Source: Balamuthia mandrillaris
Taxonomy: Eukaryota
DNA: 64,000 nt
Direction: 5' to 3'
Assembly (NCBI GenBank): GCA_031835245.2
Contig: JAVKOQ020000022.1
Span: 124,001-188,000, forward strand
Position 1 is the stretch's first letter; every line of letters starts with the position of its first letter. A program made the translations under genes and the position numbers. Under the pieces are notes generated by a model. The model searched no databases. It was not told where the DNA came from and saw nothing but the letters and a program-made list of their open reading frames with translations. Shown piece by piece: positions 37,472 through 49,492 of the stretch.

Positions 37472-37825
37472 AGCAACTGCATATAACTTCAAGAAAGAAC
37501 CCTTTCTCGTCGTTTCTTTCTTTCTTGTTCATTCTTTCTTGTCGTTTCTTTCTTGCGTTTCGCTGTTTGTTAGTAAAGGTCTTTCACGATGAACCGAAAG
37601 GAAGCAAACAAGTCAATAACACCCCAAACTCGGAGGAGGGAAGGCAGGGAAGCTCTCTCTTCTCTCTCTCTCGCTCTCTCTCTCTCTCGCTCTCTCTCTC
37701 TGCCGATTTGCATATTTGTTATTCCTTACATAACTTGGATGCCTAACATTTTAGGAGGGAATGTTCATATTTGTAATAATTTAAATATTTTAACATATTT
37801 TTCATTGTTGAATGAAAAAAGAAAG

Positions 37826-39155
37826 ATGAGAACAGAAGAAGTGCGCCAAGTTTTACGGCGGTTGCTGTTGGAACGGAGTCAGGGTGTTACCGACGAACAA
37901 GAAGGAGCAGAAAAGAGTTGTCTGAACTATTCCCTATGCACACAGCTGTTGAGGGAAGACGACGATGATGAGGAAAGCGAAGAAGAAGAAGCCGTGGAAG
38001 AAGCAAGCATTGCAAAAGATTTCAACGAAAGGGAGATGTTGTTGGCTATGACCGAAGAAGAAGAAGCTGAAGAGGGAGTACCCCCGCCTCACTTGCTTTT
38101 GTACTACGCAACGCTGAACCGGGTTGTCGTCAGAGCTCCATATGTCGACAAAAAAGAACCTACCGGACAAAACATTACAACAGAAGAAGAGGAAGAAGAA
38201 GAGGAGGATGCGATGCCAAAACGTCCTTTCTTTCTACAAGTACGTTTCGTTTTTCGTTTTTTGACTTTCTTCTAAGCAAAGCAAAACAACAAAAAAAGAT
38301 AGCGAATGTGTGGAGCAAATGGGCAGCGAAAGGCAGCTTTCCGCTTTGTTTTGAAAAGATGGAAGGACAGCAAGTATTAGCGACGATAGATGATGTTGCA
38401 CGATTGGAAGAGAGCGTCACCCCGCTTCTTCTTCGTTGTTCTGCTCTTTGGGCTTCAGCTGATGGTTTGTTTATCCTGCTTCGCTCATCCGTCTGTTCTT
38501 CGTTATGCATTCTCCTTCTTTCTCTGTTGTTCTTTATCTCATCTTTCATCTTTTACTCTCTTCTTGAATCTGTTATGACCTTGTGTCTTGCTATTCGTCA
38601 ACCATAGACACTGTAAAGAAAAAAATGTTGCAAGAAGTGATAGAGGTACTTCTGGTCACTCTTTTTTTATAACGTGGTGATGCTCTAACCTTCAATAACA
38701 CTTAAAGGCAGCAGGTTTGCGTGGATTATTGACTTGTTTGGGTCTTCGACAAACGTTCAAAAGCATTGATGCCTTCCCACCAAGGTACTCACATGCTCTT
38801 CTTATTTTTATTGTTCTTTTCTCCTTGCTGACTTATCTTTCTAAAATTCTTTTATCAAAATGATAGCCGAAGACGTTTGTTAGCAAGTGCCAATAAGCCC
38901 CACAAAGGAGGAGCACGGTTGAGCGTTGCAGCAAGAGCATTGTGCAAACATGGCCATCGCGACTCTCAACAATGGTGGGGCACCACCACTGTTCGTATCC
39001 CTTTTCTCCGTTGCTTTTTCTCTCTTGGTGCAATCGTCAACTTAAGATGAACGAACTTAAGGGACCTGATCCATTGAAGAACGCGAATGCAGAAGCCATC
39101 ATTAAAAAGATTTTTCAGAATGCCACGTGGCTAAACCTTCATCTCTTGCCTGTAC

Positions 39156-39195
<40 letters not shown>

Positions 39196-39455
39196 CTCTC
39201 TCACGCGTTTCGATTTCGCTCATCGTTTATTTTGCTAAAGCATGATTTGGGCATTTTTGAAGTTCGAACGAAAGAAGGCTATGGCGCTAGATGGAGTGGT
39301 GATGGCAACACTTTCAGAGGCTTCTTAGAACCGGTTCCTTTCTTCTTTTCTTGTTCTTCTTTCTCTTCTTTTTCTTCTTTTTCTCCGTTAACCTGCTTTT
39401 CGTTTTTGATTAATAGCAAATGGAAGATGGGCATGAGAAAGGATGGCGGCATTGA
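37826..39455 (+). CDS. Conserved protein with a C-terminal 'RALxKH...GARW.DG..F.GFLEP' domain
   Basis: Spliced C-terminus LSVAARALCKHGHRDSQQWWG...KNANA...ATWLNLH...FEVRTKEGYGARWSGDGNTFRGFLEPQMEDGHEKGWRH*. Confidence 0.8.
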
Positions 39456-39464
39456 TGCTTTCAT

Positions 39465-42400
39465 TTAAGAATCAGTGAGAAGTTTGCACAGCTCTTCGAG
39501 TCGTGGCATGTTCTCTTGAATGTACTTTCTTGCAGCTTCCTGCATTAACTCCCACTTTTCTTCGTCTATTTCATCTCTTCAAGCCCAAAAATTAGAAACC
39601 AAAGAAAAGAGGAAAAACGAGAAAGAGAAAAGAAGAGATAACGTACAAAGCACAACCACAAGCCTCATCGACCGGATGAAACCGAAAGTAATGCTTCTCG
39701 TCCAACAGATCCTCCAAAACAGCATCCACTATAGAAGAGGTGGTGGCCGCATGTATCACACTTGCCAAAATGGAATGAATGCCGCGTCCGCCGCTCTTTG
39801 GAGGAGCAGCGCCAGTGCCCAAGCTCACCACGCAGTCGATGTTCCGCTCCGGCCATAAACATTTCGCTTCGTGGATGGCCACCGCTGATGGATTGTTGCA
39901 CATTATTCCCCCTATTGAAGTTTAACCGAATTTGTTCGTTGTAAGGAAGAAAGATGGAAGGAGACAAAAAGGAGAAGAAAGAGGAATGGAACCATCAATA
40001 TGACGTTGTGAAGGATCATCGCTAGGCACAAACTCATCAAAGTAGGAGGGAGCAGCGCTGGAGGCACGTAGAGCCTCATAGACCTTTCCACGACAGGTGC
40101 CATCGTAGCGAGAACGACGCCCATCTGGATAATTATAGTTCCTCCAAAGAAAGAGTTTAGCTGGCTGATGGCTGATCTCTGTTGATACCACAAATACTTT
40201 TAAGTGTTTGTAGTAGTTTTGATGAGGTGAAGAGGAAAGCCGCTTTTCCTTTTGATCGAGTTCATTGTCTTTGCTCTTGCTTATCTTCTTCTTTGATTCA
40301 GGTCCCCAACTCAGTCCTTTCCGTCTTCTTTCGTGTTTCGATGTTCCTATTTTTGAAGTTGATCTGATGGAAGAGGTTGTTCGTTGCAGCCGTTTTTGTT
40401 GTTGTTTTTGTCTATGAAGAATAATATCTCGAATGGACGTTTCCCGAGTCAAATCTATCATAGTTCCATCTGTACATATCCTTGCCAACAATGAAGTCAA
40501 TGGCTCCGCTGTTTTTTTTACGTTTGTTATTATATGGATCATAAACGGATAAACGAAAATAAAAGCAGGAATACAATACCTTTGTAATAACTTCCGCTCT
40601 TGAAAAATTGGAGCCAGTTGATCAATCGATAGAAGGAATAGCCAGAAGAAGAGGTTGAAGCAGATGAAAAAGAAAGAGAAGGTATGGGAGAAAGAGGATT
40701 GGCAGAAGCGCTAGTAGTGGTTGTGGAATTAGTTGTCGAAGCAGATGCGGAATAAAAGAAGGAGAAAGAGGATGAGAAGGAAGACAAGGAAGTAGCTGGC
40801 GGAGAGGAAGGCACTGCAACATTTACAATCTCCTTGTCATGCACTTCTTTCTCGTATGCTTCTACTTTTGGTTCGTCGTTCTCTTCTCCTTCACCGTCTT
40901 CTACATTCTGTTCCAATTCTTCTAATTCTCCTTCATCGCTTAATTCTGAGTCACCTCCAATCGAAGACAGCGTTTCATCATGGGCTTCTCCTTCAGACTC
41001 TGTTGTAATTCTGTCCGTTTTTGTAAGTTTCTTGTACGAATAACTGTCATTCACTTCTTGATGAACTCTTTCATCATCTAATTCCTCTTCTGCCTCCTCC
41101 TCCTCACCATTGTTTTCTTCCATTGTGAGTTTTGAGAGCTGAAGCTCCAAAGTTCGGTTCAACTCTTCCTCTGAGAGAGTCCCGCCAAAGACCGCCGTTG
41201 CAAATGTTTTGTACAATACTTCACAGTCCTCCGCTGAGAACCGTCTAAATCCAACCAAACAAGAGAGAATGCCGCCGGTGGAAGTACCACAAATCAAATC
41301 GAACAGCTCAAATATTCTCCTTCCAGTCAATTCCTCTATTTTTTTCATGAGCTCGAGTGTGATTAACGCGCGAATGCCTCCTCCATCCAATGCGAGGATG
41401 CGAACTCCTCGCTTTCGTGTTCTTGTCGTTTCTTCGGCTGTTGGATCGCTAAAAGTATTTGGAGCATTTGCATTCCCAAAATGCAAAAAGTCTGTTGATA
41501 ACGAAGCTAAAGGTTAGTACATGCTTTCAGAAGAAAAGAGATTACATAGCGAACCATGAGCTCCAAAAATATTTAACAAGCGATGAGATTCTGCCGCGAG
41601 CTCGTGACGAGGGTCAAAGGCTAACCGCTGGAAAGGTTCCAATGTTAATTCTTGTGATATCAACTTTCTGTTGGGTTCTATTGTGAAAAAAGAAAAAATG
41701 GATTGTCCAAAGAACGAATGAGCAAAACAATAAAAGAAATAGAAAAGAACAGACAAACCATGAAAACCTGCATTTGCTAGACAACGAATAGCCTGAATCC
41801 TCGTTTGCAATTCTTCCTTTTCGCAAAGAATTAGAGATAGCAGAGTTTGCATTCCTTCTCTCGCATCACCCCTAGTTGGTTCTTTGAATATACTTTCAAA
41901 TTCCCTTTGAAAGGCCTCGTTCTCAAGAAAGTTTGCTAAAGCGAGAGAGGCTTCCAATCTCGTTCTGGTGTCTTTTGATTTAAGTGCATTCATCAGTAGA
42001 ATGACTACATCATCTTCTTGTGCAGCGGCTTGTCGGTATTCGGCTGTTTAAGAAAAAAGTGAGGTTATAAATTAAACCAAAAAAAAAAAAAGAAAGAAAG
42101 AAAGGGAAGCAACAAACATCGCGAAGAAAAATAAGATAAGGCAAACATGATGAGATAGTGCGGAGAAGAACGGGCCAGAGAGACAAGTAGCTGCATTTGA
42201 AAGCGTGCACTGTACACCTTATTCTCTTGTGGCACCATTCTAACTTTCTTTGTTTTGTCTGTTTTGGTTGGTTGGGAGCTGTTCAGTGACAGAAATTTAA
42301 AACAAACAAAAGAAAGAGGAGTACCATTGATGAAGAGATGAGCAAGAGAGAGGCGTCGTAAACGAGGGGGAAGCAGCCCGCCAGGGACCACAATCATAGA

Positions 42401-43212
42401 CCTTGAGTGAAGGTGAAGAGTATCCAGAGTGGTGAACTTGGCAAGGCTGGAAGGAACCGAGATCAACGTGTTGTCAGAGAGATTCAACTCTCGTATATTG
42501 GGAAGAACAGCATTGTCATGTATCTCTGATGGAATCATTCTAAGTTGGTTGTGAGCCAAATTCCATTTAAGCAACGAAGGAAAAATAATGTCGAAAGAAG
42601 AGAAGGAAGAAGGGCTGAAAGCTTCTGATTCTTCTTCTCCTTCATCCTCGCTGCTGCTACAGTAAGTTTGCTCTGTTTGTTGCGATAAAGTAAGAGATGG
42701 AGAAGGAAGAGGAAGAGAGGAAAAGATTTCCGGTGCGATGTGAGAGATGGCATTGAAAGAGCAATCCAAGTATTCCAAAGAGCTGAAGAAAGCAAACTCC
42801 AAAGGTATCCGTGTCAGCTCGTTGAAGGAAAGATCCAGAGTTTGTAAACGATTGGAAAAGCGACGATGTTTTACAAACTTCCAAAATGGGGAACGAGATG
42901 AAAGAGAAGAAGTGGAATCAGAGGCTTTCTCTTCTGCAGAGGGAAGAGAAGATACTTCTGGAATGTTCGTATCGCAATCTTGGAGAAGCGGACTGAGCCC
43001 AGAATGTTGTTGTCGGGCCGAAAAATTAGGAGTATCTTCCACTGTTTCGATCTTAGTGATACGATTGTGGGAGAGGTCGATTAGGACAACTGTAGGAAGC
43101 AGGTATAAGTCATAAGGAAAGACCTCTATATTGTTGTAGGAAGCATTCAAGCTGCAGAGAACACAAGTTCAGCATGAGAACAGAGAAAAGAGAGGAAAGG
43201 GGAGAGAGAAGA

Positions 43213-43264
<52 letters not shown>

Positions 43265-44832
43265 AGGGAGAGCAGGGAGGGGAAGAGACGAACGTCATGA
43301 GACTTGTTAATTTGCTCATGCCGGGTGGCAATGCGGTGAGTTGGTTGTGCGACACGTTGAACTCTTTCAGGCATCGCAACCGTCCAATATATGGCAGACT
43401 AGTAATCCGATTATAGCTAAGGTTTAGTTTCGTTAAGCTGATAAGGTTGAGCGAAGTAGAGAGACTCTGTTTTTTGGGCAGAGCAGAAGATGATGAAAGA
43501 GTAGGAAGTGATGCCGCCACTACAGCAGCCGTTGTATTCAACGAGGGAAGAGGGAGTGATGGAGGAGAGGAAACTACAGAGGAAGCATTCGAAGAGGTAG
43601 TTGGGGTCGAAGTAGAAGCTGGAGAAGCAATGCCAAATGGAAGAATCAAAGCATTATGACTGAGGTTAAGCTCCAGCAACGCAGGCAAATGGCCAATACC
43701 TTCTGGTACTGCAGTCAACCGATTCTTTTCGCAGCGTATGATCTCCAATGGGTTCTTCTTCCCTCCCACAAACAGTCCCTCTGGCAGCATCGTCAGTTGG
43801 TTCTTGCTAAGACGCAAAACCCGCAGCGAGGAGGACAACGCCTCCATGCCTTCCATCGGCAGAGAGTAAAGTTGGTTGGAATGGAGGTCTAGTCTTTGCA
43901 AGAGAACGAGCTCTTTTAAACCAGCGGGAACTTGTTTGATGGCATTGTAGGATGCTTCGAGGCGAGTCAAAGCACGCAGTTGAGAGAGGTCAGAAGGGAG
44001 GAGAGTAAGGTCGTGGTGCTTCACGATGAGGCATTCCAACGTGCGAAGCAGAAAGAGGTCAGCAGGAAGCGCAGCAAGTTTAAAGTCGTAGGGTGGTGCT
44101 GCCACAATGGAGAGAGATGTAACCAGCGGCATCGGCACTTTGCTTCGCTGTGGTGAGAAGGTAGAAGATGCAAGTGAGGGTGAGGGAGGAGGTGGAGAGG
44201 AAGGAAGAAGAATAAACGCAGAAGAAGAAGTTGATGGTGTAGGTGGAGCCTCGCGAGACATAATAGGAGAGAGTGGAGGAGAAACTATGAAATGAGGAGG
44301 TGAGAGCAGCGACGTGCCATCTGAAGAGTTAGGAGAAGATGGGGTGGCGATAGGAATAGGTGCAGTTTGTCCTGTTGAAGCAGAAACAGTAGGAGATAAT
44401 GTTGATGAAGATGCAAAAGAAGACGAAGAAGAAGAAGAAGAAGAAGAAGAAGAAGAAGAAGAAGAAGAAGAAGAAACAGTAGCGTTACGCATCGTATGTA
44501 TGACCTGCGCTATCGTCTCCACAAACGTTCTTTCGTAGAGCGTCTGCGTGTTGAGCAGGAGAGCAACATCGTCAAAGGAAAGTGTCTTGACGTGCACTTT
44601 CAGAGCGCCCTGCACCTCGCTGGCCGCTTTCTTCGCGGGCACAGTCACTATCGGCAGGTCTCTCTGCTGTCGAAAGGAGTCGTTGAAGGAAGCCGCCCCA
44701 GACCCGGAGGGAGGAGTGGCTGGAACAGAAACGAAAACAAGTTCTTCCTCCTGCTTCTTTTCTTCCCTTTTCTCTTCGTCTTCGTCTTCATCTTCTGCTA
44801 TTCGAACTTTCTTTTGCTTCTTCTTCCTCTTC

Positions 44833-44864
<32 letters not shown>

Positions 44865-45362
44865 TGTCTGCTTCTTATCCTTCTCCTTCTCCTTCCCGTT
44901 GTTATTGTTGTTTTCCGTTCTGGCGTTGTTCTTGCTGTGGTGGATGCTGTTCCTCTCCAACGTCTCCACTTCCTTCTCCCTGTTTTGGTGGAGGAGGCGG
45001 TCCACGGCGGCACGGGAGAAGGAGGAAGAGGAGGGACGAATGCCGCCTCTCCCTTTGCTCGAGGCCTCAACAGGTTCTTCTCCTCTCTCTATGCTTTGTT
45101 CGCCTCTCTGCCCAAAATATTCTTCTGCTTCTGCCTCCTCCTCGTCTTCTCTGTCATGGCTTTCTATGGTGGAAGTGAAAGAAGAGGAGGGCGAGATTCC
45201 ATCCGACAAAGTGGCTGTGGAAGCAGCAGTAGTGGTGGTGGTGGCTGTTAGAGAGGTGGAAGCACGAACCACAGGATAGCTGATACTGCGCCAGATTCGA
45301 TAGTAAATGCTTTCACTTGATGGCTCCACATGAGGAAGATCTCCGCCTCCACCACTGGACAT
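39465..45362 (-). CDS. LRR + ARM-like + patatin (iPLA2-gamma/plant PLA-I-like) phospholipase
   Basis: Many LxxLxLSxNxL repeats; LALDGGGIRA, GTSTGG, RASSAAPSYF, ID|GG..CNNP, VSLGTG. Confidence 0.9.
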
Positions 45363-46725
45363 TGATCCTCCTGACCGAATGAGAGTCCACTGAGCAAAAA
45401 AAAAAGAGCGCTCTACGTGCAAGCGTGTGAACCAACAAGAAGAAGACACTTCTCTCACTTTTGCGATGCTCGGCCTTTTCTTTCTTTGTCTTTTCGTCGA
45501 CTTCTTGCTGACGCGTCGAAAATCTGACGTGGCAGAGAAACGGTCGACTTAAAATGATCTCCAAGCAAAATTCTGTTGCCTATTAGTCTATGAGCTTGCG
45601 GACTCGATGTTTGTTTTAAAAGGCATTGTTGTTTTTTGGGAATTTTGTTTTGTATAGATAAAATTTCCCTGAGTTTTTGGTAAGCAACACGCGTCTGAAA
45701 GTTTATTGGTGATCCTCATCATTGAAACACACATGGATTGGTTGCCTCCCGCGTTATTCTCTGATCTGGTCCACGCCATAGAGTTCCGTGTGTAATAATG
45801 GAAGATTTCGGTTACAAAGGAATGAAATATGTCTTTCGTGTCGCTTCCTAGCCCGTCCTGAGGAGAATTGTTTGGCAGAAAGGACTCAACGGAACAAAGA
45901 CTATAGACGTTTACGTCACGCTTTGCTGGAACATTTGTTGAACTCAACGTGAATTCCCAAGAGTTTCTGCTTTCTCTCACCTTTCGGCCCAATTTCCTGC
46001 AGTAATGCCTTATTCAGGCTGCACGAATAGACCTATTGTAGATACGAATACAAATTTCCCCACTACAAAAGCACCGTCATGATCGTCAAATTGCTTCTTT
46101 ACCAAATCCACTGCTGTCTTCACCGAAAGAAGAGGCAGGTCGCAAAAATCGGTGCCTAATTACATTCCATTTAAGGATATTAATCCCCAGGACAAAAAAA
46201 TCCCCTCTGCCTACAACCTGTCACACACGGAGAGTTTTCCCACTTTTGCAAGGACACCTCTTCCGTCTCTCTTTTATTTTTTTTGCCATTAGGAGTAATT
46301 TTTTTGTGCTAGTTTTTTTTTGGTGAGTTGAAGCACTCCTTCCACAGTTGTAGCAACTCTCTTTTGTATCTACACCCCGTCAACCCTCCCTTTGGCTTGT
46401 TTGACAGACACGAACGAACGAACGGCATACGCATACAAAAAGAAAAGAAGCCCCACTTTGTTTTTTTTTTTCTCTTCTTCTTTTTATTTTTGTTTAACCT
46501 GGCAAACCACCCACACACCACTGCTCTCTCGTCATCTGCACAGGAGACAAAAAAAACTTACAACCGACCCTGCTACTCTCCTCTACAAAGTTTTGTAGCT
46601 TCTGCTGTCCTCCTGCTTTTTGCATACAAAACAAACTTCCTTTTCTTCTCCAACACAACACAACACACACATTTCTTTCTTCCTACTCCAACTTCCAACG
46701 AGCAAAAAAAATAAAATTGCAAACA

Positions 46726-48528
46726 ATGGACAGAGCTTGTACGGGTGACCCTTACGACCTAGTGGGCCAAGGCAAGCAAAGCAGCAGCAAGCACCACCTC
46801 AGGGAGAGCAGCTACAACAAGGCCCTTGCCGCGGCGGCAGAGTACGACCACCTCTTCTCCTGTGGGGCGCACTTTGAGGCGGAGGACGATGAGGAGCTTT
46901 TCTTTCAGCAGGCGCGCAACCTCAGCCGTCGTGGCAGCCGCGTGCGAGGCACGAGCTTCACCATTCCGGCCAGCTTCTTGGCGGCGGCCGCGCAACGCGA
47001 GCAGAGCGACCTCGTCGACAGTAATTCCGCGGCCTACTTCTCCGTCGGCGACGACTCGGAGCCTTGGTTCGACTTTAGCTCCTTCCTGGCGGAGGAGAGC
47101 GCCAACGGAGGCTCCGACGCTGGTGCAGTCGGCAACGCTCCACGACCGAGCGGTGAATTCAACGCGTTGTTCGAAGGCTTGATTCCCCGCGTGGTTTCTT
47201 CCAACGAAGCTGAAGGCGATGAACTCCCTTTGACGGACGCTCGCAGGGCCTCCATGTCGGCCAACCAATGGCTTGCCCTCATTCAAAAAGCCAATAGCAA
47301 GAACAACAACGTTCACCCGCAACAACAAGAGCAACAACACACCATCAGCAACAACCCTCGCCAGGAGTTCTTGGATCAAACAACCTCCTCTCGATTGGAC
47401 CCCAACGCCGCCAACACTGACTTGGACATCAGTCTTAGTCAGCGTGAGGTCTACCATCAGCAACAACAATCACAACCCTGTCACATTCAAGCCCTTCAAC
47501 AACACAACATTCCTCCTTCGCAAATGCCGATGGCTGCCTTTGTGCCGACCAAAGGTTACGTTGCTGATCCTCGTGCCATGAGCATGCTGTCTATGATGGA
47601 CTACAACGGCATACACTCCTCCTCTTCTGGCGGAGGAGCGCACTACTGTGGAGAGAGAATGTCCTCTCCGCTCTCAGTCTCAATGGAGGACATTGGCGTC
47701 GGAACTGCTGCATCTGCCTGCTCTACAGTCTCTGAGGCAGAGAGAGTCGCCTACTCCTCTCCACCGCAGTCCTCGTCTTGCTCTTCTTCCTTTTCCTCTT
47801 CCTCGGGTTATTATGGATTTGGCTCCGAGTCGGATGATGGCTGGCGGCCGTTGAACTTCTACTCTGGTCCTGAGGAAGCCAACCTTCACCATCACAACAG
47901 CACCAACAACATGCACATCAGTCACACACCTGCTTCTTCTCCTGTTCCAGGAAGCGCCAGCACATACCATTACTCTCCTGCTTCGCATCATCATCCCGAA
48001 GCTCCTGTGATGGAACAGCCTTACCAACAGCATTACGATGAGCGCGCCGGCTGCGAGTCTCCTTTCTTCTCCTCTGCTAGCGGGGAGGAGTTTCCCGCCC
48101 TCGTTCGCAAGCTGCAGAGCTCCTTGGCTCCTCCCACTACTCTTCCTGTTCCCGCCAACCTCATCCCTTCTGCGTCCTCTTCTCTTCCTACTCCCGTTTG
48201 CGCCTCTCCTTCTTCTGCGCTTGTCGTAGCCGTTCCTCCTTCTGCCCCTCCTTCACTTTCCTGCATTTCTACCCCCCCTTCTTGCCCTCCTTCCGCTGCC
48301 GAACAAGCCTCGGAGTACTTTTTCACTCCTGGTGCCTCCTCTTTGGGCTCTGGGCTGGCGTTCATCAAACCGCAACCCAAGCGAAAGAGACGGCGGCGCG
48401 CTTCCTCCAAGAAGTCAGCCTCCTCCTCCAACGAAGGCGAAGCCAAAGAAACCTCATCCTCGAACAAGAACAACAAAAACGAATCGGGAGAGAAGAAAGA
48501 GAACAAACGGGCGAGACGACGGAGATAA
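46726..48528 (+). CDS. Intronless low-complexity (Ser/Pro/Gln) protein with a C-terminal basic motif
   Basis: 600-codon ORF with coding-like GC; ends GSGLAFIKPQPKRKRRRRASS. Confidence 0.75.
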   Translation: MDRACTGDPYDLVGQGKQSSSKHHLRESSYNKALAAAAEYDHLFSCGAHFEAEDDEELFFQQARNLSRRGSRVRGTSFTIPASFLAAAAQREQSDLVDSNSAAYFSVGDDSEPWFDFSSFLAEESANGGSDAGAVGNAPRPSGEFNALFEGLIPRVVSSNEAEGDELPLTDARRASMSANQWLALIQKANSKNNNVHPQQQEQQHTISNNPRQEFLDQTTSSRLDPNAANTDLDISLSQREVYHQQQQSQPCHIQALQQHNIPPSQMPMAAFVPTKGYVADPRAMSMLSMMDYNGIHSSSSGGGAHYCGERMSSPLSVSMEDIGVGTAASACSTVSEAERVAYSSPPQSSSCSSSFSSSSGYYGFGSESDDGWRPLNFYSGPEEANLHHHNSTNNMHISHTPASSPVPGSASTYHYSPASHHHPEAPVMEQPYQQHYDERAGCESPFFSSASGEEFPALVRKLQSSLAPPTTLPVPANLIPSASSSLPTPVCASPSSALVVAVPPSAPPSLSCISTPPSCPPSAAEQASEYFFTPGASSLGSGLAFIKPQPKRKRRRRASSKKSASSSNEGEAKETSSSNKNNKNESGEKKENKRARRRR

Positions 48529-48823
48529 ACAACACCAAAGCACCAACACATCGCAAAAACTTTTTTTTTAAACAGATAGTTTTTGTTTTTCTGTCTTCGC
48601 GTTAAAAACTTTACAACAGTTTTTATCCAGATGTTTTTCTTTCTGTGCATAGAAGAAGACAAAGAAACAACTTTTTATTTGTGTATCGAAACATCTGTTT
48701 GTTTTTTTTTTTCACTTGTATCCAACGCATATTGTAAGCAAACAACACTTCATAAAGGCATTTTGTACACAAAAAAAACAACCACAACGCTTCACTCCAT
48801 TCTTTCTTTTCTCCCTCTCTCTC

Positions 48824-48858
<35 letters not shown>

Positions 48859-49492
48859 ACCCCTCCCATTACTCTCCTCGCTGATCTCTTATCCATCACG
48901 CTTCTCTCTCTTCTCTCTCTTCTCTTCTCTACCCCTTCCATTGCGGTGTGGTCAAACCAAGCAGAGCAGAGCGGACCAAAGGAGCGCAGAAGCCGAGCAG
49001 AGCAGAGGAAGGATCGCTCTCGTGGTTGCTCCCCTCTCTCCTTTCGCCTGAACGCGAGAGAGCAGAGCAATAAACAAAAGTTTTGGGCGAATCGAATGTT
49101 TATCGAGAATTGGAAAGTGTATCGATAGCAATCAAATAATTGGCGGAGAATTTTAATAATTATTATCACAGTTGCCTATATAGTGGAATTGCGTTTCGGT
49201 AACGTGAGAGGCGTGCCGAACGGGTTGTCGTTGTCGTTCGCTTTCTCTGTTGTTTTACCTTTTGAGTCTTATGAGTATTGGTTGTCTTTCATAAAAGATT
49301 TTTTTTTCAATATTGCAAGCCCGGTCTTCCTTGTCTCAGAGACAACAACAAAAAGAAAGAAAGCCGCTCCGTTTGTAAGGTTCTCTTCTTTCATTCGGTT
49401 TGAGGAAGTTGAAAGAAAACGACAGCAACAACAACACCCGAAGTCTATATTAGTCTTTTTTTTCCTTCTTCTATATAACCCGTGACACCGTC

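Noticed and set aside
46050..46072. Resemblance to the U1 snRNA Sm region (TTTTGTAGTGGGG on the minus strand)
   Set aside because: No ATACTTACCTG 5' end or U1 stem-loops at the proper distance
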